From the NCBI GenBank assembly GCA_965198235.1, contig OZ240248.1, positions 1,088,001 to 1,152,000 of the forward strand: a stretch of DNA of 64,000 bases, read 5' to 3'. This DNA comes from Candidatus Poribacteria bacterium (GTDB lineage Bacteria > Poribacteria > WGA-4E > WGA-3G). The position numbers and the translations under genes are program-made. Positions 19,493-30,243 of the stretch are shown here, one piece after another (position 1 is the first letter of the stretch; each line of letters opens with the position of its first letter). Under the pieces are notes generated by a model. It was not told the origin of the DNA. It did no database searches and was given only the letters and a program-made list of their open reading frames with translations.

Positions 19493-20356
19493 TCAGTTAG
19501 AAATGATACCTTTTTCTTCAAGCCATACCTTCAGAGGCACGTCTGCATCTTTGGGTGAAAAATGCCCGTTTGCGTTGGTGCCGCCACCAAGTAACTGCTG
19601 TCGAATCGGATCGTTCCACTCAAACATCTCTGCGGGTATGGTCATGTTGTCTTTACTCCGTAGCCATCGGTACCCGTATCCATAGAAAAGCCCCTTTCGG
19701 GTGATGTCTGAATCGTTTTCGCTGCGGGCGTGCCATATCCGCCGGTCGAAGAAGACGGCATCACCGGGCTTGCAGCAGACTGGTGTTGCATCGTCCGGCA
19801 TCGAACCGTCTTCTGGCTTCTCAAGTTTATCCCAGAGATGGCTTCCCGGTATAACATAGAAATTACCGCGCCCTATTTCGGAGCAGTCGGATAGCCAGTA
19901 AACAACTTTTATGGAAAGACGGGGTCGCGGCGAACTTTCAATCTCAAAGTTGACGCGTCCACTATCCTGATGCCAGCCGAGTGGAGCAGATTTATCCCGA
20001 ACCTCATCGGGACGCGGCGGCGTGATGATGAAATGGCTGTGGTAGGAGTAGATATTCCATCCCAAGATTCCCCAGACCTTCGGGAACGTTTTATACCAAT
20101 CCAAAATATTCACGAATATCTGGTCTGTGCCGAGAAAATTCGGATAGAAGAAGTTGTTATGCTCAGTAAGTTGACTTTTGCTATATGGATCGTAACCAGC
20201 GTCAAGATGGTTCTGGTAGATGTGATCTACCTTTGTTTCAAGCCGTTCGACGAGATCTGACGAGAGCGCGTCTTCAACGGTAAGATACCCGTTTTCGTTC
20301 AGTTCGCGGAGTTGCTCGTCGGTAATCTGGTGTTGTAGATGACGTTCGTCAAGCAT
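19493..20356 (-). CDS. Phytanoyl-CoA dioxygenase (PhyH) family 2OG-Fe(II) oxygenase
   Basis: WHQD, VIPGSH and PGDAVFFD..IWH. Confidence 0.88.
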   Translation of the reverse strand: MLDERHLQHQITDEQLRELNENGYLTVEDALSSDLVERLETKVDHIYQNHLDAGYDPYSKSQLTEHNNFFYPNFLGTDQIFVNILDWYKTFPKVWGILGWNIYSYHSHFIITPPRPDEVRDKSAPLGWHQDSGRVNFEIESSPRPRLSIKVVYWLSDCSEIGRGNFYVIPGSHLWDKLEKPEDGSMPDDATPVCCKPGDAVFFDRRIWHARSENDSDITRKGLFYGYGYRWLRSKDNMTIPAEMFEWNDPIRQQLLGGGTNANGHFSPKDADVPLKVWLEEKGIISN

Positions 20357-20402
20357 AGGTTAAATCTCCAATTTGTGATATTTATCCCCGTACACGGATC
20401 GG

Positions 20403-21356
20403 TTAATCCGGTAGAGGACCCTCTATCTGGTCAACAAAATGAATAGAATGTATAACATCACGGAGGTCTGTAAGCGGAACTTGCCGGTTGCGGACGCAAT
20501 CGACGAAGTGGCGATGCATAGTCAGCACGCCTTCGTAATTGGGTGTATCGCGTTCGTCCACGCCGTCAACTTCCCAACCTCCCATAACGCTTCTGTTGTT
20601 GTCTTCATAAATTTCGATTTCTTCTGGGATTTTCATGTAACAACCGATACCGACACCGTGCAATTCGGAGCGCAGCACACGTCCACCTGACGCGCGACTC
20701 CCAAGAAGCACACCTGTGGCGTTGTTATCGAAACGGACAAAGGCGGTATAGAAATTACGTTGTTCCGCTCCAAATGTGTCGCGATGCGCCGTGACTTCCA
20801 CTGGCTCGCCGCCCGCCATATAGCGGAGTAGATCGACGACGTGGCAGACATCGTTCCAAAGCGTCGTCGTAAATTCCCGATTCTGTCCCAGCATTTGCTT
20901 GTTAAAGGTGGTAATAGCTAATGTAACGGGTCCCATTTCTGAGACGCGTCGCATGGCTTCGCGCGTAACAGCAGCAAATCTGCGCTGAAACCCTACCATG
21001 CAATAGACATCGTTGGCGACTGCTGCCTCAAGGAGTTGTTGCGTTTCATCGCTGTTCGCACCCGGTGGTTTTTCAATGAACAGATGCTTGCCGGCGTTGA
21101 GGCAATCCAGAGCGGGTTGCAAAATCCACTTCTCGTTCATTACACAATAAACGACGTCTAAGTCTAAGGTGTCCAGCATCTTCCGGTGATCTGTGAAGGT
21201 GTGCGGAAACTCATATTTCTGGGCAACCTGTGCGAGTTTCTCCTCATCCAGTTCACAGGCTCCAAGCATCTCAACATCATCTTCCAGCCGATTCACGCTT
21301 GGATAATGTGCGCCTTGACTGCGTCCCCCTGCACCGATAAATCCTGCTTTAAGCAT
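20403..21356 (-). CDS. Gfo/Idh/MocA family oxidoreductase
   Basis: GFIGAGG, HLFIEKP, VGFQRRF and H..D. Confidence 0.88.
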   Translation of the reverse strand: MLKAGFIGAGGRSQGAHYPSVNRLEDDVEMLGACELDEEKLAQVAQKYEFPHTFTDHRKMLDTLDLDVVYCVMNEKWILQPALDCLNAGKHLFIEKPPGANSDETQQLLEAAVANDVYCMVGFQRRFAAVTREAMRRVSEMGPVTLAITTFNKQMLGQNREFTTTLWNDVCHVVDLLRYMAGGEPVEVTAHRDTFGAEQRNFYTAFVRFDNNATGVLLGSRASGGRVLRSELHGVGIGCYMKIPEEIEIYEDNNRSVMGGWEVDGVDERDTPNYEGVLTMHRHFVDCVRNRQVPLTDLRDVIHSIHFVDQIEGPLPD

Positions 21357-21560
21357 TATGGCCTCTCCTTCGTCTCAATATTCACTAAATTTTGTGGGTC
21401 GGAGTATCCGTACTTTAGCACAAGGCTCAATCGATTGCAAGAAAATTTTTCAAACATTAGGTGACACTCGCGTATCACCGAAAAGTTTGATTTTCGCAAT
21501 CTTTTGTGGTATTCTTAAACTACATTAATCTTCGAGTCGTTAAGACATTTCTTTTTAATA

Positions 21561-21843
21561 ACGTGGGTTCGATGACAAAAATAGAAATAGATGTAGGTTG
21601 GGTTGAGCGGTAATGGACAATGATCCATCTCGTTTATGTGGATGCTGCTTTTCGATAACCTATCCGTTTAGATGGATACGGCGAAACCCAACAACTGAAC
21701 GCTGTCCGTGTGAGAATGCGTTGGGTTTCACTCGTCCTTGGGTGGTTTTTAGTTGCTTAATGAATCTTGAAAGTCATTTTTTGTGTGCGATTTTTGGGAG
21801 GACCCCGTTCAACCCAACCTACATGCTTAAGTTGAACTCACAC
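21561..21843. mobile_element. 283-bp IS982-like MITE containing a GTAG REP doublet (21593-21822)
   Basis: Ends acgtgggttcga / ttgaactcacac resemble the IS982 TIR at 28815; 7-bp direct repeat tttaata on both sides; internal gtaggttgggttgagcgg...ccgttcaacccaacctac. Confidence 0.7.
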
Positions 21844-21861
21844 TTTAATAAGGAGGGACTC

Positions 21862-22680
21862 ATGTCAGTTTTTGACGCAGAAGCCTTAGAATTTTGGGAA
21901 GAGAATGGTTACGTCGTTGTGCCGGAGGCGGTACCTCTTGGAAATTGCCAAGCCGCCGAACAAGCCGTCTGGGATTTTCTTGAAATGGACGGTGATAATT
22001 CGGACAGTTGGTACCCTGACCCACCGCGCCGGAGCATCATGGTGGAGATTTATCAACACCAAGCGTTATGGGACAATCGCCAATATCCTCGCATACATCA
22101 GGCATTTTCAGAGATTTGGGCAACTGAGAAGCTCTGGGTTAGTTTTGATCGGGCAAGTATGAACCCGCCTGAACGTCCGAATTATGAGTTCACCGGTCCC
22201 TATTTGCATTGGGATATGTCGTTGGACGATATGCCGGTGCGCCTAAAGGTGCAGGGTGTTTTGTATCTGGCGGATACCCCTGGGAATCAAGGCGCATTTA
22301 CCTGTATTCCGGGTTTCCATCGCAAGTTGGAAAAATGGTTGAAGGACTTACCTGATGACGCGAACCCGCGGGAAGTTGTGCGTGACTATCAAGTTGAGGC
22401 GGTTCCGGTCGCAGGGAAAGCCGGAGATCTCGTAATTTGGCATAGTGCCTTGCCACACGGCAGTAGCCCGAACTCCGCTGAGCGTCCTCGAATGGCGCAG
22501 TACATCACGATGTCCCCGGCACCAGACAACGGAAATCCTGAGGCTCGGATTACAGGGTGGCGCGAACGCCTAACGGGACTCGGAAAAGAGGGGAAAGAGA
22601 AGGAACATTACCACGGTAAAACAGCCGAATTGACTCTTTTAGGAGAAAAGCTCCTTGGACTTGAATCGTGGGGTGCGTAA
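21862..22680 (+). CDS. Phytanoyl-CoA dioxygenase (PhyH) family protein
   Basis: LHWD, CIPGFH and AGDLVIWH.ALPHG; AGGAGG RBS before ATG 21862. Confidence 0.88.
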   Translation: MSVFDAEALEFWEENGYVVVPEAVPLGNCQAAEQAVWDFLEMDGDNSDSWYPDPPRRSIMVEIYQHQALWDNRQYPRIHQAFSEIWATEKLWVSFDRASMNPPERPNYEFTGPYLHWDMSLDDMPVRLKVQGVLYLADTPGNQGAFTCIPGFHRKLEKWLKDLPDDANPREVVRDYQVEAVPVAGKAGDLVIWHSALPHGSSPNSAERPRMAQYITMSPAPDNGNPEARITGWRERLTGLGKEGKEKEHYHGKTAELTLLGEKLLGLESWGA

Positions 22681-22747
22681 TGAATCCTTGTAGTTAAAAC
22701 AAGTAGGGTGGGTTTTTGTACCCACCCATCGGTATGTAGTTGGGTGG

Positions 22748-24055
22748 ATGACGGAGGTTCCTCTTGTGACGGATTTGTTGGCAGCACGCGCACAGATGGC
22801 GATGTCCCTCGCGTTTCATATTATCTTTGCAGTCATCGGTATAGCGATGCCATTACTGATGGTAATTGCCGAGGGGTTATGGCTCAAAACGCGGGAGGAG
22901 GTTTACCTGACGCTTGCGAAGCGGTGGGCAAAAGGGACTGCGATTATGTTCGCTGTCGGAGCGGTCTCTGGCACCGTCTTGTCTTTTGAACTCGGTTTGT
23001 TGTGGCCCAATTTCATGGCTTATGCCGGTCCGATCATCGGCATGCCGTTTTCGTTGGAGGGATTTGCGTTCTTCCTTGAGGCGATCTTCTTGGGGCTTTA
23101 CCTCTACGGTTGGGACCGTATTCCAAAATATGCACACTGGTTTGCCGGTATGATGGTACTGATTGGCGGTACTTTATCGGGTATTTTCGTTGTCACTGCA
23201 AATGCCTGGATGAACACGCCTACCGGATTTTCGGTTGTTGATGGGGAAGTGACAAACGTCGATCCGATTGCGGCGATGTTGAATCCCTCGTCATTCAGCC
23301 AAGCACTTCACATGACCATCGCTGCCTTTCTGGCAGTCGGGTTTGCGGTGGCTGGCATCCACGCCTATTTTCTGCGACGTGATCCAAACAACCTTTTCCA
23401 TCGCCGAGCGTTTGCTATCGCCTTGAGTGTTGGCGGTCTATTCGCACTCCTCCAACCGATTTCCGGCGACATCAGTGCGAAGCGACTCGCGAAACACCAA
23501 CCTGTCAAACTCGCGGCGATGGAAGCACAGTGGGAGACAGAACGCGGCGCGCCTTTACGCATCGGTGGTATTCCTAACGAAAACACTGAAGAAACCCGAT
23601 ATGCACTTGAGATCCCGAAAGCACTGAGTTTTCTTGCATATTCCGACTTCAACGCTGAGATTATGGGACTCAAGGCGGTGCCACGGGAAAATCGTCCACC
23701 TGTGGCAATCGTGCATTTCGCATTTCAGATTATGGTTGCGTGTGGGATAGTTCTTATTACTGCTGGTGTTCTCGGTGGTTGGCTCGCCTGGAAACACAAA
23801 AGCCTACCAGACCAACGCTGGTATCTTCGGTTTGTTACGCTCTGCACACCGCTTGGGTTTATCGCGATCGAAGCAGGTTGGACGGTCACAGAGGTAGGGC
23901 GACAGCCGTGGATTATCTATAATTACATGCGCACGGCAGAGGCGGTGACTCCAATGCCGAACCTTGTTGTGCCTTTTATCTGTTTCACGGTCCTTTACAT
24001 TTTCCTCTCAATTATCATTGTTATCCTATTACGTCGTCAAATATTTTTAGACTAA
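22748..24055 (+). CDS. cydA: Cytochrome bd oxidase subunit I (short Q-loop, CioA-like)
   Basis: FHIIF, EGFAFFLE, QPVKLAAME and EVGRQPW. Confidence 0.95.
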   Translation: MTEVPLVTDLLAARAQMAMSLAFHIIFAVIGIAMPLLMVIAEGLWLKTREEVYLTLAKRWAKGTAIMFAVGAVSGTVLSFELGLLWPNFMAYAGPIIGMPFSLEGFAFFLEAIFLGLYLYGWDRIPKYAHWFAGMMVLIGGTLSGIFVVTANAWMNTPTGFSVVDGEVTNVDPIAAMLNPSSFSQALHMTIAAFLAVGFAVAGIHAYFLRRDPNNLFHRRAFAIALSVGGLFALLQPISGDISAKRLAKHQPVKLAAMEAQWETERGAPLRIGGIPNENTEETRYALEIPKALSFLAYSDFNAEIMGLKAVPRENRPPVAIVHFAFQIMVACGIVLITAGVLGGWLAWKHKSLPDQRWYLRFVTLCTPLGFIAIEAGWTVTEVGRQPWIIYNYMRTAEAVTPMPNLVVPFICFTVLYIFLSIIIVILLRRQIFLD

Positions 24056-24096
24056 CGCGAAGCGTTAAACAACGTGCGGACAGTTTATGGAGAGTT

Positions 24097-24330
24097 GGTT
24101 ATCGGCTATCGGTAGGACGGGTGGCTGTTGTGAACATTCTCACCTACTGCTTTGTCAGGTTTTTTCGGCTGATAGGTTTACTTGTTTGTAGTAGGGCAAT
24201 TCATTGCCCGTTTCTCTCACTGCGCGGCAGTGCGATAAATCGCACGACTACGAACCTACCCTTAACTTGAAGGTTGACAAGGCACTGCCACAAAAGACTA
24301 TTACTGATAGCCCATAGTTTCCAACAGCCA
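24097..24330. repeat. Composite repeat cluster between cydA and cydB
   Basis: ggttatcggctatcgg heptamers, tgctttgtca../..tgacaaggca inverted ends, and gtagtagggcaattcattgccc / gcgataaatcgcacgactac REP pair. Confidence 0.55.
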
Positions 24331-24335
24331 GTACG

Positions 24336-25388
24336 ATGTTAAGTCTTGAATTCTGCATCGCATGCGTGATGCTTATCTCCCTGATTATCTATATGTTGAC
24401 AGGTGGCGCGGATTTTGGTGGCGGCATCTGGGACCTATTTGCGACAGGTCCACGTGCGAAGGCGCAGCGCTCGCTTATCGCACAAGCTATCGCGCCGATC
24501 TGGGAAGCGAACCACGTCTGGTTGATTGTGATTGTTGTTCTGCTTTTCGTGGCGTTTCCTGTTGCATTCGCTGCGATTAGCACGGCTTTGCATATCCCGC
24601 TGACGTTAATGCTCGTCGGTATTGTGCTTCGCGGTACGGCGTTTGTATTTCGGACCTATGATGCCCAATCGGATGCAATACATCGCCGTTGGAGTCGGTT
24701 GTTCGCCGTTGCGAGTGTCATTACGCCTGTGATGTTAGGCATTACGTTGGGTGCGGTCGCGTCCGGCACGATTCGTGTTGACGTGGAAAGTGGACAGGTA
24801 GAAACAGATTTCATCTCAGCGTGGTTTGCGCCATTTCCGTTTACGATCGGTCTTTTCACCTTGACGTTGTCTGCCTTACTTGCGGCGGTGTATCTCACCC
24901 TTGAGACCGAAGACCCCGCATTGCGGGAGGATTTTCGGCGGCGCGCCCTTATCGCGGCAGTGAGTGTCGGTGCAATGGCAGGACTGAGTCTTCTCTTATC
25001 TGCTGAGGGGGCACCGGCGATCCGACATGGACTCGGTAGCACGCCTTGGTCGATTCCGTTTCACATCTTGACAGGTGCGGTGGCACTGTGGGCGATCTGG
25101 ACAATTTGGAAACGTCAATTTCGCCTTGCGCGTATCCTCGTTCCGATACAGGTTACGTTCATTGTTTTCGGTTGGGGATTGGCACAGTATCCGTCCCTTG
25201 TCACACCGGACTTAACCTTTTCAAATACAGCTGCACCGGATGCAGTGCTGCGTCCGATACTGATTGTGCTGGGTGTGGGTGGTATGCTCTTAGTGCCTGC
25301 ATTCTGGTATCTCTATACCGTGTTTAAAGGTACAGCTCGGAAGACGGAGGGAGTTACGTCCGAAGTTGATACTTATGATGACGATTAA
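24336..25388 (+). CDS. cydB: Cytochrome bd oxidase subunit II
   Basis: GADFGGG, PIWEANHVWL and LRGTAFVFR. Confidence 0.94.
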   Translation: MLSLEFCIACVMLISLIIYMLTGGADFGGGIWDLFATGPRAKAQRSLIAQAIAPIWEANHVWLIVIVVLLFVAFPVAFAAISTALHIPLTLMLVGIVLRGTAFVFRTYDAQSDAIHRRWSRLFAVASVITPVMLGITLGAVASGTIRVDVESGQVETDFISAWFAPFPFTIGLFTLTLSALLAAVYLTLETEDPALREDFRRRALIAAVSVGAMAGLSLLLSAEGAPAIRHGLGSTPWSIPFHILTGAVALWAIWTIWKRQFRLARILVPIQVTFIVFGWGLAQYPSLVTPDLTFSNTAAPDAVLRPILIVLGVGGMLLVPAFWYLYTVFKGTARKTEGVTSEVDTYDDD

Positions 25389-25433
25389 GCATAAATTGTC
25401 CATCTTTTTCTCAAGTTATATTTTCAATTTTAT

Positions 25434-25461
25434 TTGACAAACAGTTTTTAGTCTGTATAAT
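25434..25461 (+). promoter_or_regulatory. Consensus sigma70 promoter about 460 nt upstream of the GNAT gene
   Basis: TTGACA-N16-TATAAT. Confidence 0.55.
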
Positions 25462-25925
25462 TTTTTGTATATTACCCTCTCAGGGGAGATAATGAGAGCA
25501 ATGACTTGACGATTTTATCTGAACATCTCAGTTAGAAACTTATTGAACAGGGTGCTAGTCGCTTTGACAATTGCTGCGCGCGTTAAATCACGACTTACCC
25601 TATTTCTGTTCTCCAAAGTTAACAATTGGTTTTCCCTTCCTCAAGATGTTAACTTCTCACAGTTAGTTTTATTCCTCTGCACTTCCATTATTCCCGGTGC
25701 CCTACCGGGTAATTCCTATAGGTTTGAACCTCTTAATATACGCCGACAAGACCCCTTAGTACCGCGTCGTATGTGGTTACTTCAAGGGGTGTATCTATTT
25801 TGTCAGGGAAATGGAAACTCTCGGAAACCATTAGCATGCCTCCCAGTGAGAGTCACAAGAAATATTGGGAGTATCATATCCCTCTTTACTGATTGCTGAT
25901 TGCTATTAATAAAGGAGACGTATGT

Positions 25926-26765
25926 ATGCGCAACACAATCATTTACAGACACTGGCAACCCGGTGATGATGACACTATCTTGGCGTTTCGACCTAATACC
26001 AATGAGGACTGGTATCGACATAAGTTTGATGATGAGGACCTTGAGCCTGAAGGGATTCGCTTGGCATTTCTCAATGAACGGATTGTTGGACATGTAATGG
26101 GTGAACGCACTACACTCTTTATTGAAGGAAAGGTCCAGAAATTCGGAGAGGTTATGGATGTCTTTGTTGCCCCGGACATGCACCGACGAGGCATTGCAAC
26201 CCGCTTGATGCAAGAGGTGCACACCTATTTTGAGAGGAAAGGTTATCGCGGAAGTATCCTTGACCCAGATACGGAGGCCTCTCGTCGGTTATATCAGAAA
26301 GTTGGGTATCAGGAAGTGACCAGAGCGTTACGGACACAACTTTTGCCGAGGACCGGTGCCTCTCAACTCAAATGGACAAACGCTCGTCTTGAAGATTTAA
26401 GGGGCTTACGTCAATTAGATGAGAGATGGGCAAGACAAAATTTCCGCGTTTTGTGGGAACCAGGGTACATAAAAGTAAATCGGTCCAATCTGAACGATTA
26501 CCGTGTACTGCGTCGCGATGGAGATGTGGTTGGTTACGCAGAATGGTCTGAGTCGTCTGAAGGTTATCCAGGCGGACTGATTTGGGACCCAATTGTGCCA
26601 GATACAGATCCGACAGAAATTATCCAATCGCTGCGGGCAGCAATTTCCGCGCCGCTGGCATGGGAGACGTGTGTCGGAAGCAGATATGAAGACCCGCTTC
26701 GGAACCTTGGAGGCTTACTTGAGGAGACACAGGACGTTAAAATGATTTTATTTTTTGGGCGGTAA
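25926..26765 (+). CDS. GNAT family N-acetyltransferase (Eis-like N-terminus)
   Basis: VFVAPDMHRRGIATRLM and LYQKVGY; AAGGAG RBS. Confidence 0.8.
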   Translation: MRNTIIYRHWQPGDDDTILAFRPNTNEDWYRHKFDDEDLEPEGIRLAFLNERIVGHVMGERTTLFIEGKVQKFGEVMDVFVAPDMHRRGIATRLMQEVHTYFERKGYRGSILDPDTEASRRLYQKVGYQEVTRALRTQLLPRTGASQLKWTNARLEDLRGLRQLDERWARQNFRVLWEPGYIKVNRSNLNDYRVLRRDGDVVGYAEWSESSEGYPGGLIWDPIVPDTDPTEIIQSLRAAISAPLAWETCVGSRYEDPLRNLGGLLEETQDVKMILFFGR

Positions 26766-26842
26766 ATTGATTTGAGGCAACAATTCCGAACCTTTTCGTA
26801 GTCAACAGAACCGGGTTTTCGGTAGGAACATTTAGTTTTGTG

Positions 26843-26900
26843 GTAGGAGGGATTTCCGAATCCCGACCCCTCTTCTGTAGGAGCGATCTCCTGATCGAGG
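26843..26900 (+). repeat. Tandem GTAGGAG REP-like elements; further copies at 48097-48120 and 39764-39787 (minus)
   Basis: gtaggagggatttccgaatcccga and gtaggagcgatctcctgatcga. Confidence 0.7.
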
Positions 26901-26960
26901 CACCTTAATGGGGTTTGGCTTTACTAAACACTCTTTGCTGATGGCTGATTGTTAACAACT

Positions 26961-28054
26961 TAGGACTTACGCAGTATCCATTTTTATAGAAGGAGCCTTG
27001 AGTTGTTGTCGTAGATATTCAGAAAACATGCCATATTTGACCTGATAAAGCGTTTGACCGGTTTCATGTGCCCGACGCATGAGTCGAATCCAAACCAAAA
27101 ACGCACACCCAATGTGATTGCGAACAATCCGGGCTAAGCGACATTGACATTTTTCCAGGCCCGTTAGCTGTTTCGCTTCACGGTGAAATTGTTCAATCTT
27201 CCAACGCCAGGCGCAGGCGATTTCTGTGACCGACGCATCTGATTGACTCAAGTCGTTTGAGACGACATAATCCGTGCGCCGAGATGTAGACGCAACCCGG
27301 AAGACTTTCACTTTGTGATTTTTTGGAAACCCACGTATTTTGATACGTTTACCGGCTTGAAGTTCTGAAGTTGTCCACGTCAGACTGTCTATACGTTGAT
27401 ACGGCAGTGCCTCATGAGAATCGTCAACGCGTCGATTCGATTTCAAGGGACAATAATAGAGCTTCCCCAGGCTTTCAATATGAAGCATAACCCGTTTGGT
27501 AGCATACCAAGCATCCATCAACACCGTGCTGAAAGCAACGTCGCGCGAATCAACGAAGACCGAGAGCATCTCTTGAACATGATCCAACTTCGTTTTACCA
27601 TCACTTTGAATATCGTAAATGCGGTAATCAATCAACCAAAAACGGTCTAACACAGGATTCACATAGATACAAGTAACAATACCTATGCCATTTATCAGAC
27701 CTCTCGCACTGCCACTATATTGTTTTTTCGTGAGTGCGATCGCTTTGGCATGGCGTTTGTCAACAACCGTGTCATCAAAGATCACATATCCATCAGGGGT
27801 CTGCTCCAAGTGCGGTTTGACTGCTTTCCAAACGTCTCTGGGACGTAGACGATCGCCAGCGAGATAACGATTTATTTGGTCATGACTGAATCTTTCACAA
27901 TGCTCCGCAAAATGAGTCAGTGTATAGTTGATAGGCGTGCTGAGTAAATACTGACAGTAATCAAGGCGTGTCGGTTTTACCATTTTCATAGACCTCCTCG
28001 CTGACCATATTAGCCGGTTCAGAAGACTCTGTCAATGAGTTTGCGTAAGTCCTA
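26961..28054 (-). mobile_element. IS701-family insertion sequence
   Basis: Perfect TIR taggacttacgca / tgcgtaagtccta enclosing a transposase gene. Confidence 0.88.
26967..27989 (-). CDS. IS701-family DDE transposase, intact
   Basis: FDDTV.DK, LMDAWY and RWKIEQFHRE.KQLTG; stop codon lies inside the TIR. Confidence 0.88.
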   Translation of the reverse strand: MKMVKPTRLDYCQYLLSTPINYTLTHFAEHCERFSHDQINRYLAGDRLRPRDVWKAVKPHLEQTPDGYVIFDDTVVDKRHAKAIALTKKQYSGSARGLINGIGIVTCIYVNPVLDRFWLIDYRIYDIQSDGKTKLDHVQEMLSVFVDSRDVAFSTVLMDAWYATKRVMLHIESLGKLYYCPLKSNRRVDDSHEALPYQRIDSLTWTTSELQAGKRIKIRGFPKNHKVKVFRVASTSRRTDYVVSNDLSQSDASVTEIACAWRWKIEQFHREAKQLTGLEKCQCRLARIVRNHIGCAFLVWIRLMRRAHETGQTLYQVKYGMFSEYLRQQLKAPSIKMDTA

Positions 28055-28814
28055 AATAAGTAGAACTAAAGAACTAAAATTCTGGGGAATCATAAATGAA
28101 AGCGTTTTTTAACCTCAGTCAGCGTGGACAGATTATACGTCTTAGGAAACTCGCGAATGCTGTACTCCAACGGTATGGTATCGGTGAAGCCTCATTGCGC
28201 TTTTTGTCAAACACCGATAACATGGTCTTCCGCGTAGATCAAGCTACGGAACAAAGTCAACGGTTCATCTTGCGAATCATTCGTCCAGAAAAGTATCTTC
28301 GAGAAGAGAGGATAAGAGCTGAATTTTATGGCTATCTGCCCTACAGACCCAGGCGAATTTGGTTGTTCCTGAACCTGTGCCAGCCGCTGATGGAACATTC
28401 GTTCAAGAAGTATCTGTTGCTGGTGTGCCTCAACCGAGACACTGCGTCTTATTCCATTGGATCCATGGTCGCTTTCGGAATCATGATCTGTTAACACTCA
28501 AAGAACTCGAACGCGTGGGTTCATTTATCGCTAAAGTCCATTGCCACGCTGAAACGTTTACGTTGCCAGATAAATTTGATAGACCGCGCTTGGATGAAGA
28601 GATTCTGCTTGGTGAAACATCTGTTCTCCGCCCTGGTGTTGGGGATCGTTTTTTCTCGCATAGGGATCTCTCCGTGTTTGGCGCAGCGATTTGGGAACTT
28701 TGCTCACAGATGGAACAGATCGGCAAAAGTTCAGATGTTTTCGGATGATTCATGGCGATTTCCAACCAGCCAACTTCCTTTTTCACGGTCGGAATGTCCA
28801 TTTTATTGATTTTA

Positions 28815-29837
28815 ACGTGAGTTTGAAAAAAGTTTAGTCGTTAGAAAAGCACCGGCAAATCGCTGATCTCCTGAAGTTCATGGATGTTCAGCGAGGGTTT
28901 GTTCTCCAACAACTGATACGCGATCAAAGCAGAGAAGACATTGACTTGGAAGTTTTCAAAACTTCTATGCCGACTGTGTTCCAACTGCATCTGTGTTTTG
29001 AGTTCCCGGATCACCGATTCAATCAGCATCCGCTTTTTCAGCAGCACTTCATCGGACACCGATAAGTCCAGCGGTTCCATGTTCTTACGGACTTTGTAAA
29101 CCAAGTTTACACCTTGCTCACGGAGTTCTTCGCGAAGGTCCTTGGAGATATACCCTCTATCTGCGTAGAGACTCCCGTGAAGTCGCTCTGCGAACTTTCG
29201 CAGCGGTTTGCGATCATCTATATTCCCGGGGGTCAACGCAACATCTAAGAGGGCACCTGTGTGATTGATAACGAGGTGAAGTTTAAACCCGTAAAACCAC
29301 CCCATAGACGTTTTTGAGCATTCCGCAACATCTGCGAAGACGCGATGTGAGGAAATCCGCCTGTTATCGCAGACTCGCACCCGTGTCGAATCCACGAAGG
29401 ATACACCGCTACAGTCTCCGAGGGTCGTGGCAAGATAAAGTCTCAAAAGCGTCAAGACTTCTTTTTTCAACTGCACCAAGCGCGTATAACTCACCAGGTG
29501 TGGGAACTCGGAGCGCCAATAGACGCAGGCATGTTTGAGATAAAAATGCTTAAACGTCCGATAGTTGCTTTGCTGGAAAGCGATCAGGATCGTCATCACC
29601 TCGCTCGGATGGAGCTGTCTCGGGCGCCCGCGTGTTTCAAGGGGGGTGTCTCAGGGAGGCACTGTGTTGACACCCATTTCTCATAAGCAAGAAAAAAGTC
29701 GTCTATTTCGCAGAAAAGTGCTATAATATCCATTGGAGAACTCCTTTTGGTTGAAGATAAACAATCTGAATAACTTCATTATACTAAAAGGGTTCTCTCT
29801 ATTCAAAAAATTGTTCAATTATTTATCAAACTCACGT
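28815..29837 (-). mobile_element. IS982-family insertion sequence
   Basis: TIR acgtgagtttga / tcaaactcacgt; 8-bp target duplication tgatttta / ttatttta. Confidence 0.88.
28841..29733 (-). pseudogene. IS982 transposase with an N-terminal frameshift in a C-run
   Basis: MDIIALFCEIDDF (from 29733) is out of frame with SEVMTI..FVDST..WFYGFKLHL..ADRGY; shift at the G6 run near 29641-29646. Confidence 0.75.
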
Positions 29838-30243
29838 TTATTTTAGCGACTGCGGTTTGGGTTACTACCTCTACGATTGCGTGCCGACCCTCTCTTATTT
29901 GCGACACCGTCCAGATTTCCAAGCACAGTGGTGTGCTTTTTTCAACGGGTATCAGAGGGTGCGATCGCTGCCAGTGAATTATAAAATGCAATTTGAGACG
30001 TTCACTGCTTTACGTACGATCTTCTTAGTTAACTGGGTTTGCAGCTTGCCAAATTCAATGCATCAACCGTGGATGGAAAGTTTCTTAAAAGAATCTGTCA
30101 GGCGGTTGAAGCATTACCTCCAGGAAGGATGGGTCCCCCTCCAGTTCAGTTAAATCAGATTGGAGGCCTGCCTTTTGTGTCGTAGGAAAATGGATAACAG
30201 TGCTAAAAGTGAAAATATCTGAAAATCCCCAAGCGAGGCATCA

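Larger units (their letters stand above)
28096..30153 (+). pseudogene. APH/homoserine-kinase-type phosphotransferase with two frameshifts and an IS982 insertion
   Basis: Reconstructs to ..AE..WLSAL..VPEPV.. / FG.IHGDFQPANF..IDF|SDCGLGYYLYD; frameshifts at about 28328 and 28746. Confidence 0.82.

Noticed and set aside
21613-21861. N-terminal extension of the PhyH ORF
   Set aside because: It is translated MITE/REP sequence; a strong RBS supports ATG 21862.
28746-28748. In-frame TGA in the phosphotransferase read as selenocysteine
   Set aside because: The conserved IHGDF motif continues in a different frame, so this is a frameshift, not readthrough.
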